From NCBI GenBank assembly GCA_038087875.1, contig CM075996.1, positions 8,868,001 to 8,932,000 of the forward strand: a DNA stretch of 64,000 bases, given 5' to 3'. The stretch is from Malacoraja senta (taxonomy: Eukaryota). Shown one piece after another: positions 1 through 11,655 of the stretch. The position numbers and the translations under genes were made by a program. The stretch's first letter is position 1, and each line of letters begins with the position of its first letter. The notes beneath the pieces are model-generated. The model saw only the letters and a list, made by a program, of their open reading frames with translations. It did no database searches and was not told the origin of the DNA.

Positions 1-659
1 TTTGGACTTTATCTTCCAGACCTTTCCTATCCATTTACCTGTCCACGTGTACAACCCTATAAGATCACCCATCCTCATGTACTCCAAGGAATAACATCCT
101 AGCCTGCTCATCCTCTCCCTATAGCTGAAGCCCTCAAATCCTGGCAACATCTCGTAAATCTTCTATGCACCCTTTCCCGCTTAACAGCATATTTCCGACA
201 ACAGGGCGAGCGAAACTGGCCAAATGTGGCCATACCAGAGTCTTGTACAACTGTAACATAACCTCCCAATTTTAGTATTCAATATTCTCACTGACGAAGG
301 TTAATGTGCCAAAAGTCTCTACGACCCTATCTACCTGTGACACCACTTTGAAGGAACTATGTACCCAAACTCCTAGATCCCTCTGCTCTACAACACTCCC
401 CAGGCCTCTGCCATTCATTATCTATGTCCTGCCCTGGTTAGACATCCCCAAATACCTCACACTTCTCTGTATTAACCTCCACTAGCCATTCCTCCGTCCA
501 TCCGATCAAGATCCTGCTGCAATTTTTGACAACCATCTTCATTATCTACAATAACACCCACTTGAGTGTCATCTGCAAACTTACTAATCATGCCTTGTGT
601 GATCTCATCCAAATCGATGACAAACAACAAATGGGCCCAGCGCCAAACCCTGAGGCAGT

Positions 660-3355
660 CAGTTTTAGTTTATTGTCACATGCACCAAGGTACAGTGAAA
701 AGCTTTTGTTGCGTGCTAATCAGGCAGCGGAAAGACAATACATGATTACAATCGGGCCATGCAGTATAGATACATGTTAAGGGAATAACGTTTAGTGCAA
801 GGAAAGCCAGCAAATTCCGATCAAGGATAGTCCGAGGGTCACCAAAGGGGTAGATAGTAGTTCAGCACTGCTCTCTGGTTGTGGTAGGATAATAATAATA
901 ATACATTTTATTTATGGGCACCTTTCAGGACACTCAAGGACACCTTACAGTTAAAACAAGTTTACAGACAAATTACAAGTTTACAACAAATTACAGAATT
1001 CGGAGAGGATGATTCAGTTGCCTGCTAACGGCTGGGAAGAAACTGTCCCCAAATCTGGTAGTGTGCGTTTTCACATTTCTATACCATTTGCCTGAAATGA
1101 GAGGGGAGAAGATGGAGTGGCCAGGGTGCCTCGCCCTAGATTATGCTGCTGGCCTTGCCGAGGCAGCGTGAGGTATAAATTGAGTCAATAGAATGGAGGT
1201 TGGTTTGGTTTCTAGGGGGCGCCGTCGAGAATGGCTGCCCTGCCAGCAGCTGTTAGTCTTTTCACCCTTTTTTAATTTTTAGTTAGTTAAAAGTGTTCGT
1301 TTTGGAGGTCTTTTAGTCTTTTTATGTGGGGGTGGGGGTGGGGGTGGGGAAAGGGGGAAACTATTCTTCTCAGTCCCTACCTGGTCGGAGATGCGGCTTT
1401 TCTCCGAGCCGTATCTTCGCCCCTTCCTCGCGGCCTACCGGCAGACTGGAGCGGCGTTTTCCTGCCGGGACCGGCCAGGACTTCAGCTTCAGCGGCGGCA
1501 CAGCGCTGAAGCACCATCGCGGAGCGGGCGATGCCCTAACCCGGATCACCGTGCAGCAAGCTGTGACAGCCGGCACCAACATCGCGAAGCTGCGGTCTGC
1601 GGTCTGCGGAGCTTCCAACCGCGGGCGGCGCTGAACTTTAAACACCGCGGAGCCTGGGATCTCACGACGAGATCGCCAGAGTCGGAGCTCCGACCAGCAC
1701 AGCTCGTGGACTTCGGGAGCCGCGGTCTCCTGGGAGGAAGCGGCCGCTCCAGACACTCCGGACCGCTGAGAGTGTTCACCCGATGCCAGAGCTTCATCAT
1801 CCAGCGAGAGGGCCTGAAGCATCGGGCTGCCATAGCGGCGACTGCAGAGGCCTCAATAGGCCCCGACTATGGGCGAACTGGGGATGGGACTGGACTTTGC
1901 TACCTTCCCCCACAGTGGGAACCATTGTGGGGGGATGTTTTATATTTATTATTAAATTCTTTAATGTTGTGTATTATCTTTATTCATGTGCTGCATTGGC
2001 AAGTCAAATTTCACTACACCAATTGGTGTATGTGATAATAAATATCCTTTGTCCTTGATGGTCTGGGCTACATCCACAATTCGCTGAAATTTCTTGCAGT
2101 CTTGGATGGAGCCGTTTCCAAATCAAGCTGTGATGCATCGTGATAAAAATGTTTTCTATGGTGCAGCTGCAGAAGTTGGTGAGAGTTGTAGGGGATATGC
2201 CAAACTTCCTAAGCCTTCTAAGGAAGTAGAGGCGTTAGTGTGCTTTCTTGGTCGTTGCTTCAATATGGGTGGTGATATTGACTCCTAGGAACTTGAAGTT
2301 TTCAACCATCTCTACTTTGGCACCGTCAATGCAAACTGGGGTACAGTACGAGTACCGCTTTCCTTCCTCAAGTCAACCACTATCTCCTTTGTCTTGCTGA
2401 TATTGAGAGAAAGGTTGTTGTCTCGACACCAGCTTCAATAGTCAATAGTCAGTTTTATTCGTCATATACACAATGAAGTGCAGTGAAATGAACTTGTCAG
2501 CAGCGGTACAATAAAAAAGAACACACAATACACAATAAAAATGTAACACAAACATCCACCACAGCATTCATCACTGTGGTGGAAGGCACAAAGTACAGTC
2601 AGTCCTCCTCCATTTTCCCCCGTGGTCGGGAACATAAACCTCTGCAGTCGCTGCTGCGGGCGGCCAGATGCACTGGCAAGGTAAGTCCCGAATCGGTGCT
2701 TCCCTACCAGAGACAGCGGCTTGAAGATGACGTAGGCCGCGGGCCGGCGGTCGTAGCTCTTCTCCAGGGATCCTCGCAATCTCCTCCTGTACTCCGTCTC
2801 ATCCTTATTTGATATCCGGCCCACAATGGTGATGTCGGATGCAAATTTGAAAATTGAATTAGATCTGTACATGGTTGACCAGTCATGGGTGGAGAAGGAG
2901 TAAAGAAGGGGACTGAGAATACATCCTTGCAGAGCCCGTGTTGAGGATTATTGTGGAGGATGATTTGTTCCCGATCCTCACCGATTGGGGTCTGTTGGTC
3001 AGGGAGTTGAGGATCCAGTTGCAGAGATGAGTACTGACACCAAGTCCCGTGAGTTTGTTGATAAGCTTGGATGGTATATTGGTATTATAGGCAGAGCTGT
3101 AGTCTATAAACAGGAGCCTGACGTAGGGTCTCTCTTCTCCAGGTGTTCCAGGGATGAGTGTAGGGCTAGGGTGATGGCGTCTTCCGTAGACCTGTTGTGG
3201 CGGTAGGCGAACTGCATTGGGTCAAGGCCGCTGGGTAGACTGGATTTAATCTGTTCCATAACTAGCCTCTCAAAACATTTCATGATGTCAAAGCAACTGG
3301 ACGGTAATCGTTTGGGCATGAGGACTTGCTTTTCTTTGGCACTGGGATGATGACG
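660..3355 (-). mobile_element. Rex1/Babar-like LINE 3' part, interrupted by SINE-like inserts (1213-2058, ~2435-2780)
   Basis: [18 protein letters not shown] and IFKFA.DITIVGRIS..DETEYR. Related fragments at ~28530-28930 (+), 50340-50602/52800-52910 (-), 57905-58540 (-) and 62930-63165 (+). Confidence 0.8.
1213..2058 (+). mobile_element. GC-rich non-tRNA SINE-like retroposon
   Basis: Interrupts the Rex LINE. Head GGCGCC..AATGGCTGCC, AATAAA plus short-repeat tail. Blocks shared with 11000-11655 and 43335-44030. Confidence 0.7.
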
Positions 3356-5040
3356 TTAGCACACCACGAGTCACAGGCCTCCAGTCCGAGAAACAACCTT
3401 CCACCATCATCCTCTGTTTCCTTCCATGAAGCCAGTTTTCTATCCATTCAGCTATCTCTCCTTGGATCCCATGCAATCTAACCTTCTAGAGCAGCCTACC
3501 ATGCAGAACCTTGTTGAATGCTTTGCTAAAGTCCATATACACATCTGCAACTCTGCCCTCATAGACTTTTTTGGTCAAGTCTTCAAAAAACTCAATCAGA
3601 TTTGTGAGACACGACCTCCCACGTACAAAACCATGCTGACTATCCCCAATCAGCCCTTGTCCATCTAAATGCAGGTATATCTTATCCATCAGAACACTCA
3701 TCTTTCTGACCACAGATATTAGATTCATAGACTTATAATTCCCAGGCTTTTCCTTGCAGCCCTTCTTAAATAGAGGCTCAACATTTGCCACTTTCCAGCC
3801 TTCTGGCACCCCACCCACATTTAATGACAATTTATGAATCTCAGCCAGGGCACCTGCAATTTCTACTCCAGCTTCCCACAGCGCCCACAGATATATCTGA
3901 TCAGGCCTGGGAGATTCATACATGTCAGGACGTTCAACACCTCCTTGACTGTAATACTGACTGCCCTCAAGACACTTCCATTGACTTCTCCAAGTTCCCC
4001 GGTCTTCATGTCCATTCCATGAACAGAGGAGAAATACTCAATGGTGACCTGGCCCACCTCCTGAGGCTCCACACAGAAATTATCGCATTGATTCCAGAAT
4101 AATCCAGTGATAACTACCCTGGTGGTACTTCATTCCTTTTCCTTCCTACGTCATTGGTGTCACCATTCACAACAAATTCAGGTTGCTCCCTCTCCCCCTC
4201 AAGAATGTCATGCAGCCGCTCTGAGACATCTTGGACCCTGGCACCATCCCGGAGTCTCGACTGCTGCTTAATGTCACAGAATGTCTGTGCCCCCAACTAA
4301 AGAGTTACCTACCACGATGGCTCTGCCTGATGGTACCACTTCCCTGCAGAGCAACAGAACCAGGCTTGGTGCCACAGCCCTGCCTGTTAATGGTGCTTAA
4401 CCCTGACGAGTCATCCCCACCGACAGCATCCAAAGGGGTGTACCTGTTTTAAAGGGGGATGGCCATGGGGATCACCTGCATTCCCTGTCTATTTCCCTTC
4501 CTCGTGGTCACCCACCATCTCTCTTCCTTGTCCCTGGGCATCACATACTGGCCACATGTCCGAGAAGCACTCATTCTCCCGAGTGGACCTGAGGTCATCC
4601 AGCTGCAGCTCATCCCACAGCACAGTATATAAGCAGCTGCGACTGGATTCAATCCCAAAGGTGCGGTCATCAGGGCCACCCTGGTTCCCCTGACCTCCCA
4701 CATCCAGCAGGAGGACCATTGTACCAATTTCCCTGACACTGAATCATGAAAGAAAAACAATAGACAATAGGTGCAGGAGTAGGCCATTTGGCCCTTCGAG
4801 TCAGCACCGCCATTCAATGTGATCATGGCTGATCATCCCCAATCAGTACCCCGTTCCTGCCTTCTCCCCATATCCCGACTCCGCTATTTTTAAGAGCCCT
4901 ATCTAGCTCTCTCTTGAAAGAATCCAGAGAACCTGCCTCCACCACCCTCCGTGCCAGAGAATTCCACAGACTCACCACTCTCTGTGAGAAAAAATGTTTC
5001 CTCATCTCCGTTCTAAATGGCTTACTCCTTATTCTTAAAC
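3355..5040 (-). mobile_element. Degenerate CR1 fragments (RT, ORF1) plus a younger CR1 3' end (4755-5040); another old CR1 piece at 1-650
   Basis: SQHGFVRGRSCLTNLIEFF, YMDFSKAF, TNDVGRKR, tail (CAATAGA)n. Confidence 0.85.
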
Positions 5041-5657
5041 AAAATCACAAATTCACACACCAGAGCAAATTCGACTTTATCATCTGTATTAGCCTCCAAC
5101 TGACAGCTCCAGAGCCAAACGCACACACTTGCCTTCCACACAGCCTCTCTCCCTGCACAGTTGCTCCGCTACGCCTGTTAGCTTTATGTTAGATGATCAA
5201 TTAATCAATTTGGATGCTCCAATTGATCCACTGGTTACTTTTGAATTGTCCCACCTCTCAAGTTACCTGGCTTCAGCTGGCTCCACAAATCTCCCTTAGC
5301 TTTTTTTAATGCTCCCAGACTGAAATTGAATGTCAGCACTGCTCTCCTGCTCTTGTCCTGCCTCTCACGTTGTATCAACCTGCTTCTCCTGTCTTCCAGC
5401 TTTCTTCCCCCCACTGCCATCAGTCTGAAGAAGGGACACAAACTGAAGTATCACCTATCCATGTTCTCCAGAGATGCTGCCTGACCTGCTGAGTTATTCC
5501 AGCGCTTTGAGACTTTGCTCAGCTCCTCGATGGCCAAAATGTTTTCAGCAAATCAGTTTTGATAAGATCAAAGCCAAGGTCTTAAAATCCGATCACACAA
5601 CCGAGATCAAACCTCTTAAAAGCTGGACCTGTTGGGTGGTCAAGGGTTCAAACTCAC

Positions 5658-5794
5658 CGAAACCTCAGCCAACCGTCCTCCAGGCTGTGGGCCTCAGTGC
5701 TGTCCCCGTCCACCTGGTAAATGCGGTTTGTGCCATAACCGATCCCCGACAGATGGCACACCGTGAGGTCATCTGTCCAGCTGGTCTGCTCCTG
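5658..5794 (-). CDS. TAB1: TAB1 coding exon 2 (QEQTSWTDDLTVCHLSGIGYGTNRIYQVDGDSTEAHSLEDGWLRF-R); later exons not found in the window
   Basis: 137 nt, starts in phase 0 in register with exon 1, GTGAG donor at 5657. Aligns by eye to human EQQPSWTDDLPLCHLSGVGSASNRSYSADGKGTESHPPEDSWLKFR. The tandem acceptor AAG/CAG allows an alternative start at 5791. Confidence 0.93.
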
Positions 5795-6116
5795 CTTGAG
5801 GTGGCAAATTAACCATCAACGTCCACCCACAACAGTCACCAACATGTGTACAGTGAGGAGGAGGCTGGGCGAGAGTGAGGGGGAATGAGGAGGTGATGGG
5901 GCAGAGAAAAGGGATGTGTGGGGGTGAGGGAGGAAGATAGGGACAGAGGGAGACTGGGCGAAAGGGCTGGAGGGGGGAATCAATGGAGGGACGGAGAGGA
6001 GAGGAGGGAAGGGGAGAGGGACGAAGATCAACAGCTGCTCGCAATGTACCCCCCTCCTCCCCATTTGCCTGATTCTCTCCTCCCTCATCTCGTCCCAGCC
6101 GATCTCAGCTACTTAC

Positions 6117-6149
6117 ATTCTGAAGACCCAGTCTCCTCTGCGACGCCAT
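6117..6149 (-). CDS. TAB1: TAB1 coding exon 1 (MASQRRLGLQN)
   Basis: ATG at 6149, 33 nt, then a GTAAGT donor at 6116-6111. The peptide matches the recalled human TAB1 N-terminus MAAQRRSLLQS. Confidence 0.92.
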
Positions 6150-6325
6150 TACAGCGGAAGTACGTCAGCCCCGTCACACGTCACAGAAATTCTCGGCCGG
6201 AGGATGACGCGCCGGTGGGCGGGGCCACTGACGTCAGGCCAGAAACGTCTGGTCGAGGCAGTGACGTCACATCGGGGGCGGGGTCTGGAGAGTGGAGGAG
6301 GGGCCTGGGGAGATGGGGCGGGGCC
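6150..6325 (-). promoter_or_regulatory. TAB1: TAB1 proximal promoter/5'UTR, CpG-rich
   Basis: Two perfect CRE palindromes TGACGTCA (6229-6236, 6262-6269), ETS core CGGAAGT (6155-6161), GC boxes GGGCGGGG (~6217, ~6276, ~6316), directly upstream of the ATG. Confidence 0.75.
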
Positions 6326-6680
6326 TGGAGAGAGGGGGAGGGGCCTGGAGAGAGGGGAAGGTGTCTGGAGAGAGGAGGGGCCTGGAGAGAGAGAGAGGGA
6401 GGGGCGTGGAGAGAGGGGAGGGGCCTAGAGAGAGGGGCTTGGGGAGATGGCGTGTCCTGGAGAGGGAGGGAGGGGCCTGGGGAGAGGCCTGGGGAGGAGG
6501 GAGGGGCGTGGAGAGGGGGAGGGGCCTAGAGTGGGGGCGTGGCCTAGACAGGGGGTGGAGAGGGGAGGGGCCTAGAAGGGGAGGGGCTGGAGAGAGGGGG
6601 TGCCGAGAGAGGGGGAGGGGCCTAAAGAGATGGAGGGCCTGGGGAGAGGGAGAGGGGCCTGACGAGTGGGGGGGGAGGAG
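6285..6680 (+). repeat. G/A-rich degenerate tandem repeat (GGGGCCTGGAGAGAGG-like)
   Basis: Direct inspection. A similar purine tract lies at 5860-6030. Confidence 0.9.
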
Positions 6681-7448
6681 CAGAATTGTCTACAGTGGTT
6701 TCTTAGTTTGAGAAGAGTGCGGATCAGGCAGCATCTCTGGAGAGCATGGATAGGCCACGTTTTGGGTTTGAACCATTCTTCAGACCTTCAGTCCCCGACC
6801 CCAAAACATCACCTATACCTTCTCTCCAGAGATGCTGCCTGCCCCGCTGAGTTACTCCAACATTTTGTATCTACCTTTGATTTAAACCAGCATCTGCAGT
6901 TCTTTCCTGCACATTTTGACTGATTGTGTTGGTTGGAGGGGTGGGTGGAAGCTGAAGAGAGGTGGGGGCAGGACAAAGCCTGACGAGTAATAGGTGGATA
7001 GAGGTGAAGGAGGTTTTTGAAAGGCAGATGGTCAGACAAAGGCCAGAGAGGAAAAGACTAAAGGTGGGAGATAAGGATGGAAGAGCTGCAAATTGTGAAG
7101 CGCAAAGGAAAGAATACAGGTGGAAGGGGAAGGGAGAAATGTGGCTAGTCCAAGTGGGGGACGAGGAAGGAGAATGGGAAGGGGGGGGGGGACGTTAAGC
7201 TAACTAAAATTGGAGAATTCAATGTTCATAATGTGTAGGAAGCAATGTGTAGGATGGTTTATACCGAAGATTGACACACAATGCTGGAGTAACTCAGTGG
7301 GTCAGGCAGCATCTCTGATCCTGGAGAAAAGGAAATGGTGATGTTTTGAGTCAGAACCTTTTTCAGAGTGAAGAAAGGTCTCAACCCAAAATGTCGCCTA
7401 TTCCTTTTCTCCAGTGAGATGGGGACGAGCCACCACCTTGAACCACTG

Positions 7449-7663
7449 GTAGACAAAATGCTGGAGAAACTCAACGGGTGAGGCAGGATCTATGGAGCGA
7501 AGGAAATAGGCAATGTTTCAGGTGGAGACCCTTCATCAGTCTGAAGAAGGGTTTCGACCCGAAACGTTGCCTATTTCCTTCACATAGATGCTGCCTCACC
7601 CACTGAGTTTCTCAGCATTTTTATCTACCTTCGCTTTTCTAGCATCTGCAGTTCCTTCTTTAA
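7449..7663. mobile_element. Palindromic Penelope pLTR-derived mini-element
   Basis: Inverted arms centred at ~7540, 15-bp TSD CACCTTGAACCACTG (7434-7448, 7664-7678). Related pieces at ~5340-5505, 6715-7420, 7960-8100, 31615-31705, 36940-37100, 37380-38085, 42835-43130 and 50603-52799. Confidence 0.85.
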
Positions 7664-8147
7664 CACCTTGAACCACTGTAGACTTCTGGTGAAGCGGCCC
7701 CACAGGTCTGCCAGGAAGAAGCTTCCAGGGTTAGACCCAGCAACGATGCACAACCAACAACGTTGTGTGATGTGGAGGGAAACTGCAGATACACTGTGCT
7801 CCCATTACACTGTATTAACTGAGCTCATAGGTTGCTGAGGTGGTCTTGGGGTAGCCTAGATGACTAACTGTGATTCATTTTGCAGATAGTATATACCTGT
7901 CCCAGTGGTAGTGTGAATGAATATTTTTGATGTTGATGAGTTACCGTTTAAGTCTTTAAGAAAGAACTGCAGATGCTTCCTGCCCCCCCACCCCCCACGC
8001 CCACATCAGTCTGAAGAAGGGTCCTCGGACCCAAAACATCACCTATTCCTTTGCTCCATAGATGCTGCCTCACCCGCTGAGTTCTCCAGCATTTTTGTCT
8101 ACCGGTTAAGTCTGATTTGTCCTGGATGGTACCAAGTTTCTATGGAG

Positions 8148-8458
8148 TTTAGTTCAGTTTAGTTTACAGATACAGTGTGGAAACAGACCATTCGGACCCA
8201 CCGAGTCCACACTGACCAGTGATCCCCACACACTAACACTATCCTACACACACACAAGTGAACAATTTACACATACACCAAGCCAATTACCTACAAACCT
8301 GTACGTTTGAGGAAGCTGAAGATCGCAGAGAAAACCCACGCGGTCACAGGGAGAACGTACAAACTTCCTACAGACAGCGCCCATAGTCGGGATCGGATCT
8401 CCGGCACTGCAAGCATCGTAAGGCAACAACTCTACCGCTGCACTACCGTGGCCGCCCA
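8148..8458 (-). mobile_element. tRNA-derived V-SINE (HE1-like)
   Basis: tRNA-like head, V-domain TTTGTACGTTCTCCC(T/C)GTGACCGCGTGGGTTT, (CTAAA/CTGAA)n tail. Confidence 0.85.
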
Positions 8459-8861
8459 CAAGTTAGAACAGTACAGCACAACTTGGTTAATATAAAAATT
8501 GTCCCTAGTGGGTGTAGGATAGTGTATATGTGACTGATGGAACCTGGGGGGGGGGGGGGGGGAGGTTGATAGGAAAATAGGGAAGGGATTAGTGATTGAT
8601 GGGCAGAGTGGTCTCAGTGGACCCGAGGGCCTGTTTGGTGCTGTACGATTGTGACTGTGACAGCAGTTCCTCTGTCCTGTGCAGCAAACTGCCCGGATCC
8701 TGCTCAGGGGAAGACCTGGAGCTGGGAGTACGGGGGGGGGGGGGGGGGGGGGGGGGCTGGGAGTTGTTGATGATCATTTATATTAATTAAAGATTATACC
8801 AGAGAAGAACAAGCAAAACATTTGAAAAGGTCCCTGTTAGCTGTGCTAGCCCAAGGTAGAC

Positions 8862-10998
8862 TGTGTGTGTGTGTGAGAGTGTGTGTATGCGTGCGTGTAA
8901 GTATGTGCACGCGTGTGTAGGTGTGTTGTGTGTGTATGTGCATGGGTGTGTGCGAGCGTGTGTGTATGTGCGTGCATGCATGCGCGTGTGTGTATGTGTA
9001 TGTGTTTGTAGATGTGTGTGTGCGCGTGTGTGTAGGTGTGTGTATGTGCGTGCATGCATGCGCGTGTGTGTATGTGTATGTGTTTGTAGATGTGTTGTGC
9101 GCGTGTGTGTAGGTGTGTGTATGTATAGGTGTGTGTGTGTAGGTGTGTGTAGGTGTGTATGTGTCTAGGTGTGTGTGTGTGTAGGTGTGTGTGTGTGTAG
9201 GTGTGGTGTGTGTAAGTGTGTGTGTGTAGTGCGCGTGTGTGTTGGTGTGTGTGTAGGTTGTGTGTGGTGTGTGTGTAGGTGGTGTAGGTGTGTGGTAGGT
9301 GTGGTAGGTGTGTGTGTAGGTGTGTGTGTGTAGGTGGTGTGTGTGTGGTAGGTGTGTGTGTAGGTTGTGTGTGTGAGGTGCGTGTGTGTGTAGGTGTTTG
9401 TAGTCGATGTGTGTAAGGTGTGTGTTGTGTAGATGTGTGTGTGTGTGTGTAGGTGTGTGTGTAGTGTGGTGTGTGTAGTGTGTGTGTTAGTGTGTCGTGT
9501 GTAGATGTGTGTGTGTGCAGGTGTGTGTAGGTGTGCATGTGTGTGTGTGTAGGAGTGTGTACGTGTGCGTGCATGCATGCGTGTTTGTGTGTAGTGCTTG
9601 TGCGTATGTGTCTGTGTGTGCTTGTAGGTGTGTGTGTGCATGTGTAGGTGTGTGAGAGAGTGTGTGTGTGTGTGCACGTGTGTGGTGTGTGTGTGTAGTG
9701 TGTAGATGTGTGTGTGTGTGTGGGTGTGTGTGGTGGTGTGTAGGTGTGTGTGTGCAGTGAGCGTGTATGTGTGTGTGTGCAGGTGTGTGTGTGTGTGTAG
9801 GTGTGGGTGTGTAGGTGTGTGTAGGTGTGTGTGTGTGTGTGTAGGTGTATGTGTGTAGGTGTGTGTGCGTGTGTGTAGGTGTGCGTGTGTGTAGGGTGTG
9901 TGTGTGTGTGTAGGTGTGTGTGTGTGTAGGTGTGTGTGTGTGTGTAGGTGTGTGTGTGTGTGTAGGTGTGTGTGTGTGTGTAGGTGTGTGTGTGTGTAGG
10001 TGTGTGTGTGTGTAGGTGTGTGTGTGTAGGTGTGTGTGTGTGTGTAGGTGTGTGTGTATGTGTAGGTGTGTGTAGGCGTGTGTGTAGGTGCGTTGTGTGT
10101 GTGTGTAGGTGCGTGTGTGTGTAGGTGTGTGTTGTGTGTGTAGGTGTGTGTGTAGGTGTGTGTGTGTGTGTGTGTAGGTGTGTGTGTGTAGGTGTGTGTG
10201 TGTGTAGGTGCGTGTGTGTGTAGTTGTGTAGATGTGTGTGTGTGTGTGTGTAGGTGTGTGTGTGCAGGCAGTGTGTGTGTAGGTGTGTGTGTGTGTAGGT
10301 GTGTGTGTGTAGGTGTGTGTGTGTGTAGGTGTGTGTGTGTGTGTGTAGGTGTGTGTGTGTGTGTAGGTGTGTGTGTGTGTAGGTGTGTGTGTGTAGGTGT
10401 GTGTATGTAGGTGTGTGTGTGTAGGTGTGTAGATGTGTGTGTGTGTGTATAGGTGTGCGTGAGTGTAGGTGTGTGTGTGTGTAGGTGTGTGTGTATGTAG
10501 GTGTGTGTGTGTAGGTGTGTGTGTGTGTAGGTGTGTAGATGTGTGTGTGTGAGTAGGTGTGTGTGTGTAGGTGTGTTTGTGTGTAGGTGTGTGTGTGTAG
10601 TGTGTGTGTAGGTGTGTGTGTGTGTAGGTGTGTGTGTGTAGGTGTGTGTGTGTAGGTGTGTGTGTGTGTGTGTGTAGGTGTGGAATTGTGTGTGTGTGTG
10701 TGTAGGTGTGTGTGTGTAGGTGGGTGTGTGTGTAGGTGTGTGTGTGTGTAGGTGTGTGTGTGTAGGTGTGTGTGTGTAGGTGTGTGTGTGTAGGTGTGTG
10801 TGTGTGTAGGTGTGTGTAGGTGTGTGTGTGTAGGTGTGTGTGTGTAGGTGTGTGTGTGTGTAGGTGTGTGTGTGTGTAGGTGTGTGTGTGTAGGTGTGTG
10901 TGTGTGTAGGTGTGTGTGTATGTAGGTGTGTGTGTGTAGGTGTGTGTGTGTGTAGGTGTCTGTGTGTGTAGGTGTGTGTGTGTTTGTGTGTGTGTAGG
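8862..10998. repeat. Compound (GT)n microsatellite punctuated by AG, about 2.1 kb
   Basis: Direct inspection. Confidence 0.97.
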
Positions 10999-10999
10999 T

Positions 11000-11655
11000 A
11001 TAAAGTATAAAGTATCCTTTATTGTCACACAATTTATACACACAATGAACACAGTTTAACGTCCACCTCAGTGAGTCTACCAGGCACCTCTTCACTGTGA
11101 TGGAAGGCAAAAGTCTTAAAGTCCTTATCTCTTCCTTCCTTGTTCTTCCTCTGCGTTGAGGCGATACAGACTTTCGATGTTGTGACCCCGCCGGGTGATG
11201 GTAAGTCTCGCGGCCAAATCCGAGCTCCGCGAACGGGCCGGTTCAAACTCCGCGGCCCGGGGCGGACGAAGCTGCCACCCTCCAGTCCAGCGGACGAAGC
11301 TGTTGTTGCGGGAGCTCTGGAGAATCAGTCACCAACCTGGGACCTGCGAGCTCCCGATGTTGTCGTCCACTGGGCCCGCGGCCGAAGCCTCCGAGTCTCT
11401 GAAGTCGGGCCGCAGCCGCAGCGCCACCACAGCCCCGAAGTCGGCCAGCTTCGCGATGGTGAGTCCTGTCTCTGCCTCCGGAGCCTCGAGGTTGGTTCCA
11501 GTTGGAGGCCGCCAGCTACGCGATTAGGCCTCAGCGCAGACGGAGATGGAGACGGAGATACGATAAAGAAAGGGTCGCATCCCCCCGAAGGAAGAGACTA
11601 AAAACAAGTTTCCCCCACCCCCCACACATACACAACTAAAAATAAACTAACATAC
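11000..11655 (-). mobile_element. GC-rich SINE-like retroposon body and 3' end; its head appears to lie at 26648-26748
   Basis: Homologous blocks with 43335-44030. The GACAGACAGACTG segment that follows directly in that copy is found here only at 26692-26705, beyond the CR1. Confidence 0.65.

Noticed and set aside
5918..6711. 203-aa and 139-aa Gly/Glu/Arg-rich plus-strand ORFs
   Set aside because: Arise from G-rich repeats, antisense to TAB1 exon 1 and its promoter.
8846..11110. 754-aa and 521-aa His/Thr-rich ORFs
   Set aside because: Translations of the (CA)n microsatellite, not genes.
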